A stretch of 53,428 nt of DNA from a virus. Taxonomy: Duplodnaviria > Caudoviricetes. This document shows, piece by piece, positions 44,258 through 53,241 of this stretch. The notes under the pieces were generated by a model, which saw only the letters and a list, made by a program, of their open reading frames with translations, ran no database searches and was not told where the DNA came from. The stretch lies in the IMG/VR virus record IMGVR_UViG_3300013285_000002, positions 1 to 53,428 of that record. One strand, written 5' to 3'. How positions within the stretch are numbered: the first letter of the stretch is position 1; every line of letters starts with the position of its first letter. The position numbers and the translations under genes are program-made.

Positions 44258-44701
44258 TTAATTAACGTCTGCCACTGAACCATCACGGTAGTGCAGCTTA
44301 TTCCCGAACCTTGATGGAAGCTTGAGCGCATCATAAGCACCCGGCCTCACGCAGTTGTCACCAAGTTCACTACCTTTGTAGGTGGCTCGAATGAAAACCT
44401 CCTGAAGCTTTTCCTTGGGGCTGCGAACACAGATGGTTCCCTTTGCTGGTGGGCCATACACAAGGTTTGCATTTAACCCAATGTCAGTAATGCACCACGA
44501 GTCAGCGCCAACTTTGCGAACAACGCGCTGCTCTCCCATAGACTGAAGCACTTCACGAATCCTCGCTGCTGTAGTTGTAGTCCCAACGGCCCGACGCAAC
44601 TCAGCAACTGTCATCTCCTCGGCACAACCCGCAAGGATCGCCAACAGTTTGTGGTTCGCACTGTTCATCCGGTAGCCTAGGTTCAGTTCTTCGAATCGCA
44701 T
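44258..44701 (-). CDS. Winged-helix-like hypothetical protein
   Basis: MTVAELRRAV...WCITDIG; C-terminal RPGAYDALKLPSRFGN. Confidence 0.65.
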   Translation of the reverse strand: MRFEELNLGYRMNSANHKLLAILAGCAEEMTVAELRRAVGTTTTAARIREVLQSMGEQRVVRKVGADSWCITDIGLNANLVYGPPAKGTICVRSPKEKLQEVFIRATYKGSELGDNCVRPGAYDALKLPSRFGNKLHYRDGSVADVN

Positions 44702-44824
44702 GATGTTCCTTGTTTAATCTGTTGAGTTCTAAGCGCACCTCTTGACGTGCATTGGGTTTGGTTGCAAACCACTGGCTTAGCTTTTTATTATCGTCTTGGA
44801 GTAGGCCCGGAGGCCAACCCGTTA

Positions 44825-45235
44825 TCAGAAGTAATCCATGTCTCTGAGCAAGAGTCGAGGGAAAATCTCAATCTTTTTATCAATGATGGCCGCTTCACTG
44901 AGAGTATCGTGAACGCTCACCATCTTCATGCCTTTTCTAAGCCACATTTTTCCCTCTCTTGTGGTGCTTCTTGTGACTTTAATCCCATGATTTTTCAGGT
45001 ACACGGGGTCATGTCCAACATCGACCCAACTCTGGTAAAAACCAGACGGTTCAGCTAATAAAAGAATGTCCAAGTCGCCGGGAGTAGGACTGCCCTTGAT
45101 CGTGCTGCCAAAAACCCATGCCTTCTTGACCAAGAAGAATTCATCACTGCCCCTAGGTGTCGGTATCATTCCACCAACAGATACAAGTCGAGTATGTATT
45201 TCTTTGACGTGGTGAACAGCGGTATCAATTTTCAT
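44825..45235 (-). CDS. Minimal nucleotidyltransferase-like protein (Pol beta superfamily)
   Basis: AWVFGSTIKG....GDLDILL (hG[S]...DxD motif). Confidence 0.65.
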   Translation of the reverse strand: MKIDTAVHHVKEIHTRLVSVGGMIPTPRGSDEFFLVKKAWVFGSTIKGSPTPGDLDILLLAEPSGFYQSWVDVGHDPVYLKNHGIKVTRSTTREGKMWLRKGMKMVSVHDTLSEAAIIDKKIEIFPRLLLRDMDYF

Positions 45236-45357
45236 ATCTTTAGCCTCTCTTCGAGATACTCAATGCGTGCAACCATGTAAGCAAGAAGCGTGAGTAAGGT
45301 GTCTTTGTCTATGTTGTCACCGGAGTAGGAGTGCAACAGGTTAATCATTCTTTTCAT
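45232..45357 (-). CDS. Small hypothetical protein (41 aa)
   Basis: Manual translation MKRMINLLHSY...IEYLEERLKI*; ATGA overlaps at both ends. Confidence 0.5.
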   Translation of the reverse strand: MKRMINLLHSYSGDNIDKDTLLTLLAYMVARIEYLEERLKI

Positions 45358-45548
45358 GTGTTCTTCTCCTTGAGCTTGGCTTCGATCATCTGAGGGAGTC
45401 CCTCATGAAATCCATCTGGGTCAATGCGAAACATCTCAGCCTCTGTCAGCCCTACCCATGTGCGTTTCTGCGCTTCTAATTGGGCAATTCGTACTTGATG
45501 TAACTGTTGTATTTCAGCGCAGATAGCAAGGTGTTTTGCTGGACTCAT
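45354..45548 (-). CDS. Hypothetical protein
   Basis: RTWVGLTEAE...IEAKLKEKNT motif, common in small phage early proteins. Confidence 0.7.
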   Translation of the reverse strand: MSPAKHLAICAEIQQLHQVRIAQLEAQKRTWVGLTEAEMFRIDPDGFHEGLPQMIEAKLKEKNT

Positions 45549-46192
45549 GTCTTATCTCCTATGCCGAGGTCGGCTTCAATAGCTCGGGCAAATTCGATTC
45601 CGGCGCTAGTCACTGGCACCGAAATGGCTATGTGCTTTCTTGACACTGACATCCAGATTTCACCAATCCGATCATCCGTCAGCGGCTGGCGCTTTGGTGG
45701 TGATGTGTAGAGCTTGGTTCCCACGTCGAGCAAGTCAATTGGCTGGGTGTACTGCACGTACTTTCTGCCATGTTCTGGGCTGTGCATCACTTCGGCCACG
45801 GACTCCTGCTCTGGCTGTACTGGCTGCGCGATGGTTTGACGTTCATCCAAGTTCGCATCGGTATAAAAACCTTCTGCTGGATGGCGTACTCCGGCATCAT
45901 CAAGAAAACTTGTAAAGTCGCTGATATGTTTTACTTGAAGCAGGCCACATACGTCAATGAGCAGCAACCCAGTACTAACTTCAAAATCATTGATCGGCCA
46001 CTCCCAGCCGCCAATATCGCGGCCAATGAAAGGTTGCGACAAGCTGTTGATGTAGGCCATATCAAGAACATCAGTCCTAATTTTTTGTTTGATGCTGGCT
46101 GGCTGTACTGGCTGCGCGATAGCATTGATGGCGTCGCCAGGGAAAGCCTTGTGAGGCAGTTCGGCGTTATCCGCTTCAATTCGTTCATTCAT
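45545..46192 (-). CDS. Modular hypothetical protein with duplicated IAQPVQP linker
   Basis: 215 aa; LYTSPP, PLTDD.I and FARAIEA modules. Confidence 0.7.
   Translation of the reverse strand: MNERIEADNAELPHKAFPGDAINAIAQPVQPASIKQKIRTDVLDMAYINSLSQPFIGRDIGGWEWPINDFEVSTGLLLIDVCGLLQVKHISDFTSFLDDAGVRHPAEGFYTDANLDERQTIAQPVQPEQESVAEVMHSPEHGRKYVQYTQPIDLLDVGTKLYTSPPKRQPLTDDRIGEIWMSVSRKHIAISVPVTSAGIEFARAIEADLGIGDKT
45811..46120. repeat. 22-bp direct repeat CTGGCTGTACTGGCTGCGCGAT (45811-45832 and 46099-46120)
   Basis: Exact match, 288 bp apart and in frame. Confidence 0.85.
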
Positions 46193-46335
46193 TTCAATAC
46201 CTCCGCTTCAAGCACTTCCATGCTCTGTGTAATTTTCTCGTACAGATAATCTGGAAGGGTATGGGTACTTGCAAAAGACCATGACTCAAGAGCGCTCAGC
46301 AACTTGATGACCTCCAAGACTTGTTCCTTTGTCAT
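46189..46335 (-). CDS. Small hypothetical protein (48 aa)
   Basis: Manual translation MTKEQVLEVIKLLSALESW...EAEVLK*; coupled at both ends. Confidence 0.6.
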   Translation of the reverse strand: MTKEQVLEVIKLLSALESWSFASTHTLPDYLYEKITQSMEVLEAEVLK

Positions 46336-46520
46336 TTAGATTCTCCGGTTGCTTGTTTGTCTATGGCCCCTGCTCCGAACCAAATGTTCCAAGGCTGTTT
46401 GATCTCCTTGACTTGGCACTTGTTGCACTTGTTGCAGAAGCGTGACTGCACTTTTGTGTAGTCGCTCATGGAATCGAATGGTTTTGACCAGACACCCCAG
46501 TTGTGGAAACAAAACTTCAT
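46332..46520 (-). CDS. Small zinc-ribbon-like protein
   Basis: FCFHNWG.W...Q.RFCNKCNK. Confidence 0.65.
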   Translation of the reverse strand: MKFCFHNWGVWSKPFDSMSDYTKVQSRFCNKCNKCQVKEIKQPWNIWFGAGAIDKQATGESK

Positions 46521-46756
46521 GATTGGCTCCTAGCTCTGATGGCTTCAGCGCAATGCCTTGGCCCCAGTGCAGGCCATACACCAACTTCTTCTTCACACAA
46601 CTTGGCACAAGCCTCACGCTCATGCGAGGCTACAAGGTAGGCGAAGTACTCGTCACGGTATTGCTTCCAGTACTGGGGATGCGCCGCAGGATTCCACTCG
46701 CAGTTTGCATAGGTATCTGCTTCGTGCCCCATCCCGATAATGTCGTCTTCAGTCAT
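46517..46756 (-). CDS. Hypothetical protein
   Basis: FA.LVA..EREACAK.C...CAEAIRAR motif. Confidence 0.7.
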   Translation of the reverse strand: MTEDDIIGMGHEADTYANCEWNPAAHPQYWKQYRDEYFAYLVASHEREACAKLCEEEVGVWPALGPRHCAEAIRARSQS

Positions 46757-46935
46757 TCTGTTTCTCCTCTTTTTGACTGCCATTTTTTCCAAACTCGATT
46801 GCGTTCCGCAGTAGCCACAATCTTGGCAAACTGTTTAAGTTCGTGGGTCAGATGCCCTTGGTGTGGCGGCATGACGAAGCCAGCATCTACATGAAACCCA
46901 GCTTCTTTTGCTGCCTTGATGAAGTCTTCATTCAT
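46753..46935 (-). CDS. Hypothetical protein
   Basis: AKEAGF...L.QFA..V...ER motif. Confidence 0.65.
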   Translation of the reverse strand: MNEDFIKAAKEAGFHVDAGFVMPPHQGHLTHELKQFAKIVATAERNRVWKKWQSKRGETE

Positions 46936-46943
46936 TCTGTTTC

Positions 46944-47414
46944 TCAGGTTGCTTTGCGAGCAACAGGCCAGCCCAGCTTGCACAGATCAGCGGCTACATC
47001 AATGAGTGCAGGAAGGTTCTTCGTAGGCTGAGCTTCTGTTGGGTAGTAGCGTGCAAACTCTGGCATCCGGTCGCTGAGTTGCTTGAGTGTGCTGCATGAG
47101 TTAACTGCGCTGGCCAGTTTGCTCTTCGCTAAGTTGCGTAAATCCTGAGCATCACGCCACGGCTTTAGTACATCATGAACATCAGCATCACCGCAGATAA
47201 ACATGCAGTGCATATCAAGACCGTAGTGATAGCCGGAGATGTGCTGGTTGAGCAGAGCTTTTGGATGCGTCTTATAAAGCTTGCGAGCCTCTGGCGACAT
47301 GGCTTTTACAAGAGCCTCTTGCATCTTTACCTTTTCCTTGGGAGTGTCGATAGTTGGGAGGTCGTTAAGGATGCTGCTGACGATGGCTTGCTTTGTGTAT
47401 GTAGTGAGTTTCAT
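46944..47414 (-). CDS. Nmad5-like phage protein
   Basis: MKLT...K.AIV..I, S.STLKQL...MPEF..Y.P pattern. Confidence 0.6.
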   Translation of the reverse strand: MKLTTYTKQAIVSSILNDLPTIDTPKEKVKMQEALVKAMSPEARKLYKTHPKALLNQHISGYHYGLDMHCMFICGDADVHDVLKPWRDAQDLRNLAKSKLASAVNSCSTLKQLSDRMPEFARYYPTEAQPTKNLPALIDVAADLCKLGWPVARKAT

Positions 47415-47462
47415 TTGATGCTTTCGATTTGTTTCTGATCCGTTGATTCTGTTGTGGTCTGT

Positions 47463-47684
47463 TCAGTTATCGACTCCTTCAACTTCAAGTAAGCGCTTCT
47501 TCATGCGCTCCATTAACCAGAGCACGTCGCCGCCATCGGCATAGGTTGATGCGAAGTACTCAGTACCATCTAGGTCATACCCAAGAATGACGAAACCCTT
47601 GAGCTTGCCCTTGGTGTTCTCAAGTGTTGTGTCTGGGTCTAGGTTGAGTCGTGTGATGCCACGGAACTGAATGACGTTACTCAC
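47463..47684 (-). CDS. Hypothetical protein
   Basis: GTG start; NVIQF.G.T.L.LDPD..L...VILGYD.DG.EYFAS...GG..LWL.ER. Confidence 0.7.
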   Translation of the reverse strand: MSNVIQFRGITRLNLDPDTTLENTKGKLKGFVILGYDLDGTEYFASTYADGGDVLWLMERMKKRLLEVEGVDN

Positions 47685-47871
47685 TTTGCTTCTCCTCGCC
47701 AAGCCCAAGCCACTTAGTGCGCGGCTCTCTTGCATGTTTGATGTAGAAGTGAATGAGGTAGTTAAAGATTTGAACGTAGCTCATACGGATACCAGTTTCC
47801 TTGAGGATGAACTCTCGGATGTGGTCTACGTCTGTGTCGATGTTGAATGTGATGCGCTTAGTTGTTTTCAT
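47677..47871 (-). CDS. Small DNA-binding-like hypothetical protein
   Basis: 64 aa, KRIT N-terminal strand followed by two helices (RHH-like). Confidence 0.55.
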   Translation of the reverse strand: MKTTKRITFNIDTDVDHIREFILKETGIRMSYVQIFNYLIHFYIKHAREPRTKWLGLGEEKQSE

Positions 47872-47883
47872 TTTTTTCCCTGC

Positions 47884-48150
47884 TTAAATGTTGTCCCAGT
47901 TGGGCGTTCTCCACCCATCGTCATCTATTGGTGGCTCGTACTCACTTGTCTCATGCTTAGAAGATTCAAGATCATCAATATCAAAAAACCGGCAGTGCCC
48001 ACCCCTGTGAGCAGTCTTAATTTGCACGGAGTATGGGTCTAGGTACTCATCAATCAACCAGAACAAATCCCTTTTGTTTTGGCCGCATACCATTCCGATG
48101 TAGCCCGTTGGCTTTCCATCATCCATCTGCCTAAAGTTGTAAGCAATCAT
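47884..48150 (-). CDS. Hypothetical protein
   Basis: LFWLIDEY.DP; RBS aagga. Confidence 0.65.
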   Translation of the reverse strand: MIAYNFRQMDDGKPTGYIGMVCGQNKRDLFWLIDEYLDPYSVQIKTAHRGGHCRFFDIDDLESSKHETSEYEPPIDDDGWRTPNWDNI

Positions 48151-48163
48151 GTTGGATTCCTTG

Positions 48164-48406
48164 TTAGCGTCGAGCAATGAACCCAGTTGGTACATCGTTC
48201 TCGCTGGTTAATTTCTCGTACTCTGCAACTGCTAGCTTGTGGTCATCAAAACAAAATCTGTTTTCATGGCCCCATCTGTTACAGCCAAGGTGAATAGCTG
48301 TTGTGTACAGAAGCTTTCCGAGTGCAGCAATAGACCCATCCTCAAGTACCCTGACTCGCTGATACCCACCGCTGAACATAATTTCATCGGCCAATGAGTC
48401 AGTCAT
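48164..48406 (-). CDS. Hypothetical protein
   Basis: L.YTTAI..G....G.E.RFCF...P.GF motif. Confidence 0.65.
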   Translation of the reverse strand: MTDSLADEIMFSGGYQRVRVLEDGSIAALGKLLYTTAIHLGCNRWGHENRFCFDDHKLAVAEYEKLTSENDVPTGFIARR

Positions 48407-48659
48407 AGATACCACCGCAAGCCTCATCCATGTAGTGCATGTACAGAGCGGCTACGTTGTCGAACTCAAGGCAGTTGTACAGATAGACATAGGTCATCTT
48501 GCCCAGTCGCCCAGTCCTCATGTTGCGATCTGTCCTCTGTACTAGCTTGATTCCCGTTAATGAGTTAACGTAGTATGTGACGGTGTATTTTGCAAAGCTC
48601 ATGTGCATTACGTATTCCAACTTGAAGTCGGTGAACTCGTCGTATGTGTATTGCTTCAT
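48399..48659 (-). CDS. Hypothetical protein
   Basis: 86 aa, coupled to its neighbours. Confidence 0.6.
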   Translation of the reverse strand: MKQYTYDEFTDFKLEYVMHMSFAKYTVTYYVNSLTGIKLVQRTDRNMRTGRLGKMTYVYLYNCLEFDNVAALYMHYMDEACGGIYD

Positions 48660-48862
48660 GCCGCACCCTCATCATGGGTTAATGTTTCATTCAGACGTGC
48701 TGCATATCGGCCTAGGTTTTCAAGCACCTTCGGGTCAAGGGCAACAACTTTGTTCTCATGGTGATTGACAGCCAGCCAGACCTGAAACCCATCGAATGAG
48801 GCATACACCCCATCGCCTAGGTAGGTATCTGTTGCAGTGAATGGATGCTTAGGATTCGTCAT
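48656..48862 (-). CDS. Hypothetical protein
   Basis: YLGDGVYASFDG..VWL...VALDP.V motif. Confidence 0.7.
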   Translation of the reverse strand: MTNPKHPFTATDTYLGDGVYASFDGFQVWLAVNHHENKVVALDPKVLENLGRYAARLNETLTHDEGAA

Positions 48863-49055
48863 GTGTTTCTTTCTTTGGTTTGAGTTGAGTTCGAGGGATG
48901 CACCACTGCTCACGGCCACCACCGCAATCAATGAGAAACGCACCGCTGATACGTCCCGCCTTGAGTCTTTGGTGTATGGCCTGTCGAGTCACGCCTTCAA
49001 TCTCCGCAGCATGTGATGCAGTGACGTAACCACGTTCAACTATCAGGAGAGTCAC
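48849..49055 (-). CDS. HTH DNA-binding protein
   Basis: AAEIEGVTRQAIHQRLKAGRI.GA...W.IP. Confidence 0.7.
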   Translation of the reverse strand: MTLLIVERGYVTASHAAEIEGVTRQAIHQRLKAGRISGAFLIDCGGGREQWCIPRTQLKPKKETHDES

Positions 49056-49786
49056 TTGTCACCCATCTTCTTGAGTGCATCGCCAAGGCCATTCTTTTCC
49101 ATGATGTCCTTCGCGCCTTTTTCTTCTTGGTCAAAGATGCTTTCAACAATCTTCATGATTGACTTCGCACCAGCCTCATCCTCTCGGCTGATACCAGCAT
49201 GACAAGCCATGATTTGAATCGTCTGTGCTGCCATGTCGCAGTCAATGCTGACCAGCATGTCGGCTACCTTCTCGGGCATCACCTCTGCATCAATGCAGGC
49301 ATTGATTAACATGCTCATTAACTGACTACGCTTACGGACAATCAACGCAATCTTCACTGTGTCGGCGAACAGATCGCCCTTGACGCTTCGGACGGTATCA
49401 AGAATGTCCTTCGCACCAGCAAAGCGTCCTAAGTCTTCTTCTCCCTGCTCTTTGGCAGACTCACGGAACAGATCGAGGATGATTTGAATTTTCTGTTGAG
49501 CCGCAACACTAAAGCCCCCAACATGCCAAGATGTAATCTTCTTTGTCTCTATTCCATCGTCACCAAGGTAGCACTTGCCGTCCTTCCAGTTGTACAGGGT
49601 AGCAATTAAAGAGTTGCCCTTGACCTCATCAAATTCAATCGACCACTGTGCATCCACCTTGTACCCATCAGCCTCGTGAGGTAAGCCGAACAGAGACACA
49701 AGCTCATCGTATGTAGCAGTGACTACGCCTTGCAGTGAAGAACCGTTTGAGTTGATTTCTTTTTGATTATGTGTGGTGAAGTTCAT
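49052..49786 (-). CDS. Hypothetical protein
   Basis: SLQG...TY..L...FG.P...KVDAQW...ATLYNWK...WHVGG N-terminal domain. Confidence 0.75.
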   Translation of the reverse strand: MNFTTHNQKEINSNGSSLQGVVTATYDELVSLFGLPHEADGYKVDAQWSIEFDEVKGNSLIATLYNWKDGKCYLGDDGIETKKITSWHVGGFSVAAQQKIQIILDLFRESAKEQGEEDLGRFAGAKDILDTVRSVKGDLFADTVKIALIVRKRSQLMSMLINACIDAEVMPEKVADMLVSIDCDMAAQTIQIMACHAGISREDEAGAKSIMKIVESIFDQEEKGAKDIMEKNGLGDALKKMGDK

Positions 49787-49802
49787 TTGTAATTTCCTTT
49801 TT

Positions 49803-50195
49803 TTATTCAGTGATGTGGACAATCTGTCCGTTGTGATCCATCCAGATAATTTCTTGGTCGTTGACCCTTATTGGGGTAACAAAGCTGATCTTGTCGATTA
49901 ACTCTTGCAGGGTGATCTTCGGAGCAACACTCTCGCCTTTATCGTCACAGCCCATGACTAATGCTTTTCCAGCTAACGGTGTCGGGTAGTCGGCATGTTT
50001 AAAGAATGATTGGCTGGGCTTGAATAGACCTTCGTCATCAACGAACAGACCATCGTTATGCTTGTTGATACTGACAACATCAAACGCATCGCAATCAATG
50101 TGCTTGTAAATATCTGTGTAGTGACCTTGATACGTCACCTCTGTGATCGTCTCATCGTGTGGGTTGATAAGGAATGTGGTGAATGGTGTAGTCAT
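49803..50195 (-). CDS. DUF3846-like protein
   Basis: I..HIDC..F..V...LFVDDEGL...PLAG..L.MG.D..GE. Confidence 0.7.
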   Translation of the reverse strand: MTTPFTTFLINPHDETITEVTYQGHYTDIYKHIDCDAFDVVSINKHNDGLFVDDEGLFKPSQSFFKHADYPTPLAGKALVMGCDDKGESVAPKITLQELIDKISFVTPIRVNDQEIIWMDHNGQIVHITE

Positions 50196-50207
50196 GTGTG
50201 TCTCCAG

Positions 50208-50300
50208 TTATTCAAAGAAGCCGCTAGGCAGGGTGAGGGCAAGAAGGATGATGACGAATGCAAGGACTGTCAGCCAGTCAACAATGAACCAGCGTTTCAT
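50208..50300 (-). CDS. Small membrane peptide (30 aa)
   Basis: Manual translation MKRWFIVDWLTVLAFVIILLALTLPSGFFE*. Confidence 0.5.
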   Translation of the reverse strand: MKRWFIVDWLTVLAFVIILLALTLPSGFFE

Positions 50301-50551
50301 AAGATTGACTCTTGATTTTTTGGGGCTTGCTTGGTAACTGCCTTGGCAGGTAGCCCAACTGCCCTACGAACACCGGCCATAGCCGACTTCGCATCATTCG
50401 TCCCAACCTTTTCGATAGTTGCGATTACTTGGGCAAATAAGGCCAGCGTTGCGGCGGGAATCTTTTCTCCACTTGGCTTCATTGTTTTGACAACGTGGTT
50501 GATTAGGCTAACCACGCCCTGATCTGTTTCCAGTTGGTAATCTGTTGTCAT
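50297..50551 (-). CDS. Hypothetical protein
   Basis: 84 aa within operon. Confidence 0.6.
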   Translation of the reverse strand: MTTDYQLETDQGVVSLINHVVKTMKPSGEKIPAATLALFAQVIATIEKVGTNDAKSAMAGVRRAVGLPAKAVTKQAPKNQESIL

Positions 50552-50635
50552 CTGTTTACTTTCTCGTGAGTAGGTCGAACGCCACTACCAGAATGGCAAT
50601 GACATAGGTGATGCAGAGGGATAGGTCGAGCTTGC

Positions 50636-50992
50636 TCATAGGCCGTTCGGAACTTCAACGTCATCACCCATATTTGAGGCAACGTAACATCGCATAGCTG
50701 CAATCAGGGGTGTTGGGCCAGCCCCATACGCCACCCCTTGAATGAAACCGGCCCATTCTTTAGATGTGCTCAAGTAAGCGCATTCGATGAGTTCGCGCTC
50801 AATGATCGGGCCACCTTGTGCCCAGTCTGTCGATGGCAGGTAGCTTTGTGCCCAACCCCTAGACAGGGCGCGGTCTTTGCCGTCTATCGTTATCCAGTAG
50901 GTAGCAACGCTGTCGTACCAAAATCCCGTACCTCCTTCACAATTAGCCACCGCCCAATCAAGTTGAGTCCCTATCAGTTCAGATGTTTTCAT
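50636..50992 (-). CDS. DUF2591 / NinX-like protein
   Basis: LDWAVA, PSTDWAQGGPIIE, GPTPLIAAMRCYVAS..G..VEVP motifs. Confidence 0.85.
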   Translation of the reverse strand: MKTSELIGTQLDWAVANCEGGTGFWYDSVATYWITIDGKDRALSRGWAQSYLPSTDWAQGGPIIERELIECAYLSTSKEWAGFIQGVAYGAGPTPLIAAMRCYVASNMGDDVEVPNGL

Positions 50993-51004
50993 TTGAGTAC
51001 TCCC

Positions 51005-51196
51005 TTAAAGGGTTAGGCCAGCCGCACCAACTTTGTTGCCGTTGATGTCACGGAGGATGAATATTTCCTCATCCAAAAAGCCATGCTGGTTTGACTGAAT
51101 CTTTGCAGTGAGTGCAGTGAGTAACCTCATTACCTCGTATGAAGCTTCGCTGTCGTCGTCAATATGATCGAGTGAGAATGTAATCATTACTTGCAT
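51005..51196 (-). CDS. Hypothetical protein
   Basis: 63 aa, LRDINGNKVG motif; RBS aagga. Confidence 0.7.
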   Translation of the reverse strand: MQVMITFSLDHIDDDSEASYEVMRLLTALTAKIQSNQHGFLDEEIFILRDINGNKVGAAGLTL

Positions 51197-51209
51197 GTTG
51201 TTTCCTTTG

Positions 51210-52103
51210 TTATGCAGCTTCAAGCACTGGATTTTCAATTGCAGCCAGCGTCTCTTCAATCCATGCTTCGGCGCTTTCTTTATCAAGCACAGGCTTTTGG
51301 ATGATGATGTTTTGCGGAATGGGTAGCATCTTTGCGGCTTCGTAGATGTACTGCTGTCTCGGCGTCCCCATGCTTTCATTGGCACGTCTTCCGAACTGGT
51401 CAGCAGCGAAAGCAATCCCGACGAACATGCTTGTCCGAAAGAATCCACCCATGCCGGTCAACGCGGCTAGCTTGTCCATGTCCAGAGGAGAATCCTCGGC
51501 TTTGATCTCGACAAACTGTCCGACATTGAGCTTTTCACCCATGTTGTCAGCGTCCTTTGAGCCAGCCGCCCCGTATATAGCGACGTTGTATCCGCTGTCA
51601 GTCAGTGACTGAGCCAGCTTCAGAGCAGCAGCACCACGCCAGAACAATTGTGAGGACTTGACGTTGCAGGATGCACACAGGTCAATCACGACGCAGACTG
51701 TTCGAACTGTTGCTCTTGATTGGCGGCGAGTTTTTGTCCATGCTCGACTCATGTCGCCACGGTAGACCGCTTGCATGTCCACCTCATCACCCTGATCGGC
51801 CTTGACGCGGCGTCGGCGCACTGACGTTGGGTTACTCAATTCACGAATGGCAACTTCGTCGATCTTTTTTGCACCGTCAGCCCAGCCGTGAGTCAACCGC
51901 TCGTTGAACTCCTTGAAAGTCTTGACGCCAAGCCATTCAGGGTCATCGGCGTAGTGACTCATCTCAGAGCACCATTGAGCAGAGTTACTTGCACGGTCAG
52001 GGTCAAGCCACAGATTAGCGGCATGAGGCAGTGCAGCAGGCTCAGCCACTGAATCCCATAGGATTGCAGTCAGCTTTGTCTTTTTGTCGTGTTCAATAAT
52101 CAC
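51210..52103 (-). CDS. VWA-like partner of the AAA+ ATPase
   Basis: GDEVDMQA, VVIDLCASC (degenerate MIDAS), RGAAAL.L...L...GY.V.I, FFR motifs; coupled to the AAA gene. Confidence 0.65.
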   Translation of the reverse strand: MIIEHDKKTKLTAILWDSVAEPAALPHAANLWLDPDRASNSAQWCSEMSHYADDPEWLGVKTFKEFNERLTHGWADGAKKIDEVAIRELSNPTSVRRRRVKADQGDEVDMQAVYRGDMSRAWTKTRRQSRATVRTVCVVIDLCASCNVKSSQLFWRGAAALKLAQSLTDSGYNVAIYGAAGSKDADNMGEKLNVGQFVEIKAEDSPLDMDKLAALTGMGGFFRTSMFVGIAFAADQFGRRANESMGTPRQQYIYEAAKMLPIPQNIIIQKPVLDKESAEAWIEETLAAIENPVLEAA

Positions 52104-52104
52104 G

Positions 52105-53241
52105 TTATGCCTCGACTTTCATTTTTTCGTCAGCTTTCCAGCCGATAAAGTAGGTTGACTTGATCTGTTCCAAAGTACGGCCAGCGGCCATCAACTTCGT
52201 TGCATCTAGCAGGAATCGAGTGCTCATCACTCGGCTTAGGCGGCTTGCAATGATCTTTTTACGCACCGCCCAGCCCCATGCCAGTATTTCGGTATGAATC
52301 ACAGATTTTTCAAATCGTGTGTCGTAATCGAGCAGCACAGTACCGGCACGGAATCGGTCAAGCGTTGCCTCATCAAGTCGTTCACGGCCTGCATAAGTCA
52401 TGTTTGCACCAGTACCGAAGGTATTTGCAGCGCCAAGGCAAACAAAATCAACGTGACGTTTAACTTTTGTCCGTCCTTTGCGTTGAGGCAGGTAGAAACT
52501 ACCGTTTGCAAGGGCTTGATTAACGAATAGCAAAGTATTCGGGTCAGCAGCGTCCATTTCATCGAACAAAAAGACACCGCCGTTTTCGTACATCGTTACG
52601 AAGTCTGAAGGTGTGTATTCAAATGCCCCGCCGTCAGCAGGCAGCATCCAGCCAGTCAATGCAGACTCAGACATACCGGCAGTGCATGAGATTGACGCAA
52701 ACTCACGGCCAAGAGCTTCGGCAACCTGAATTGCAAGGTGAGTTTTTCCGCAACCGGCAGGGCCGACAAGCAAGATATTCAAGCCGCAACCAGCCGATAC
52801 CAAAACCTCCTCAAATTCAGCCCTTACATGGCCTTCGGCCTTGTGTGTCGTACCGTCAGGACGTTGCACCACAATCGTCGTAATGGGTGACTTGTCAATT
52901 GCCGCCTTGACTTCGGCAGCCACAATTTCCCGCACCTTGTTTTCGTCAACTGCACCGCCTAACAGTGACCGAAGGGCAGACAATGCCGCCGCATCACCAC
53001 TGTCAACAGACTGTTTAACAACCTTTGGTTGAACATCGGTGACGTCAGGCATATCGAACTCAACGTGGGCCAAGGCTTGTTCAATCTTGAATGAGTCGTA
53101 CATAGATAGCAAACGCTCAACACAATCGACGCGCTTTGTTCGTTCGTGGTCAAAGCCAACGGAACCGCCGTTCAAATTCTTGAATATTTCGAGTAGCGAA
53201 GTCTTCGACAGATTTAGTAACTTTTCACGTAGTTCGAGCAT
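52105..53241 (-). CDS. MoxR/CbbQ/CobS-like AAA+ ATPase
   Basis: GPAGCGKT Walker A, FLFDEMD Walker B, AANTFG sensor, LDEATLDRF Arg finger. Confidence 0.9.
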   Translation of the reverse strand: MLELREKLLNLSKTSLLEIFKNLNGGSVGFDHERTKRVDCVERLLSMYDSFKIEQALAHVEFDMPDVTDVQPKVVKQSVDSGDAAALSALRSLLGGAVDENKVREIVAAEVKAAIDKSPITTIVVQRPDGTTHKAEGHVRAEFEEVLVSAGCGLNILLVGPAGCGKTHLAIQVAEALGREFASISCTAGMSESALTGWMLPADGGAFEYTPSDFVTMYENGGVFLFDEMDAADPNTLLFVNQALANGSFYLPQRKGRTKVKRHVDFVCLGAANTFGTGANMTYAGRERLDEATLDRFRAGTVLLDYDTRFEKSVIHTEILAWGWAVRKKIIASRLSRVMSTRFLLDATKLMAAGRTLEQIKSTYFIGWKADEKMKVEA

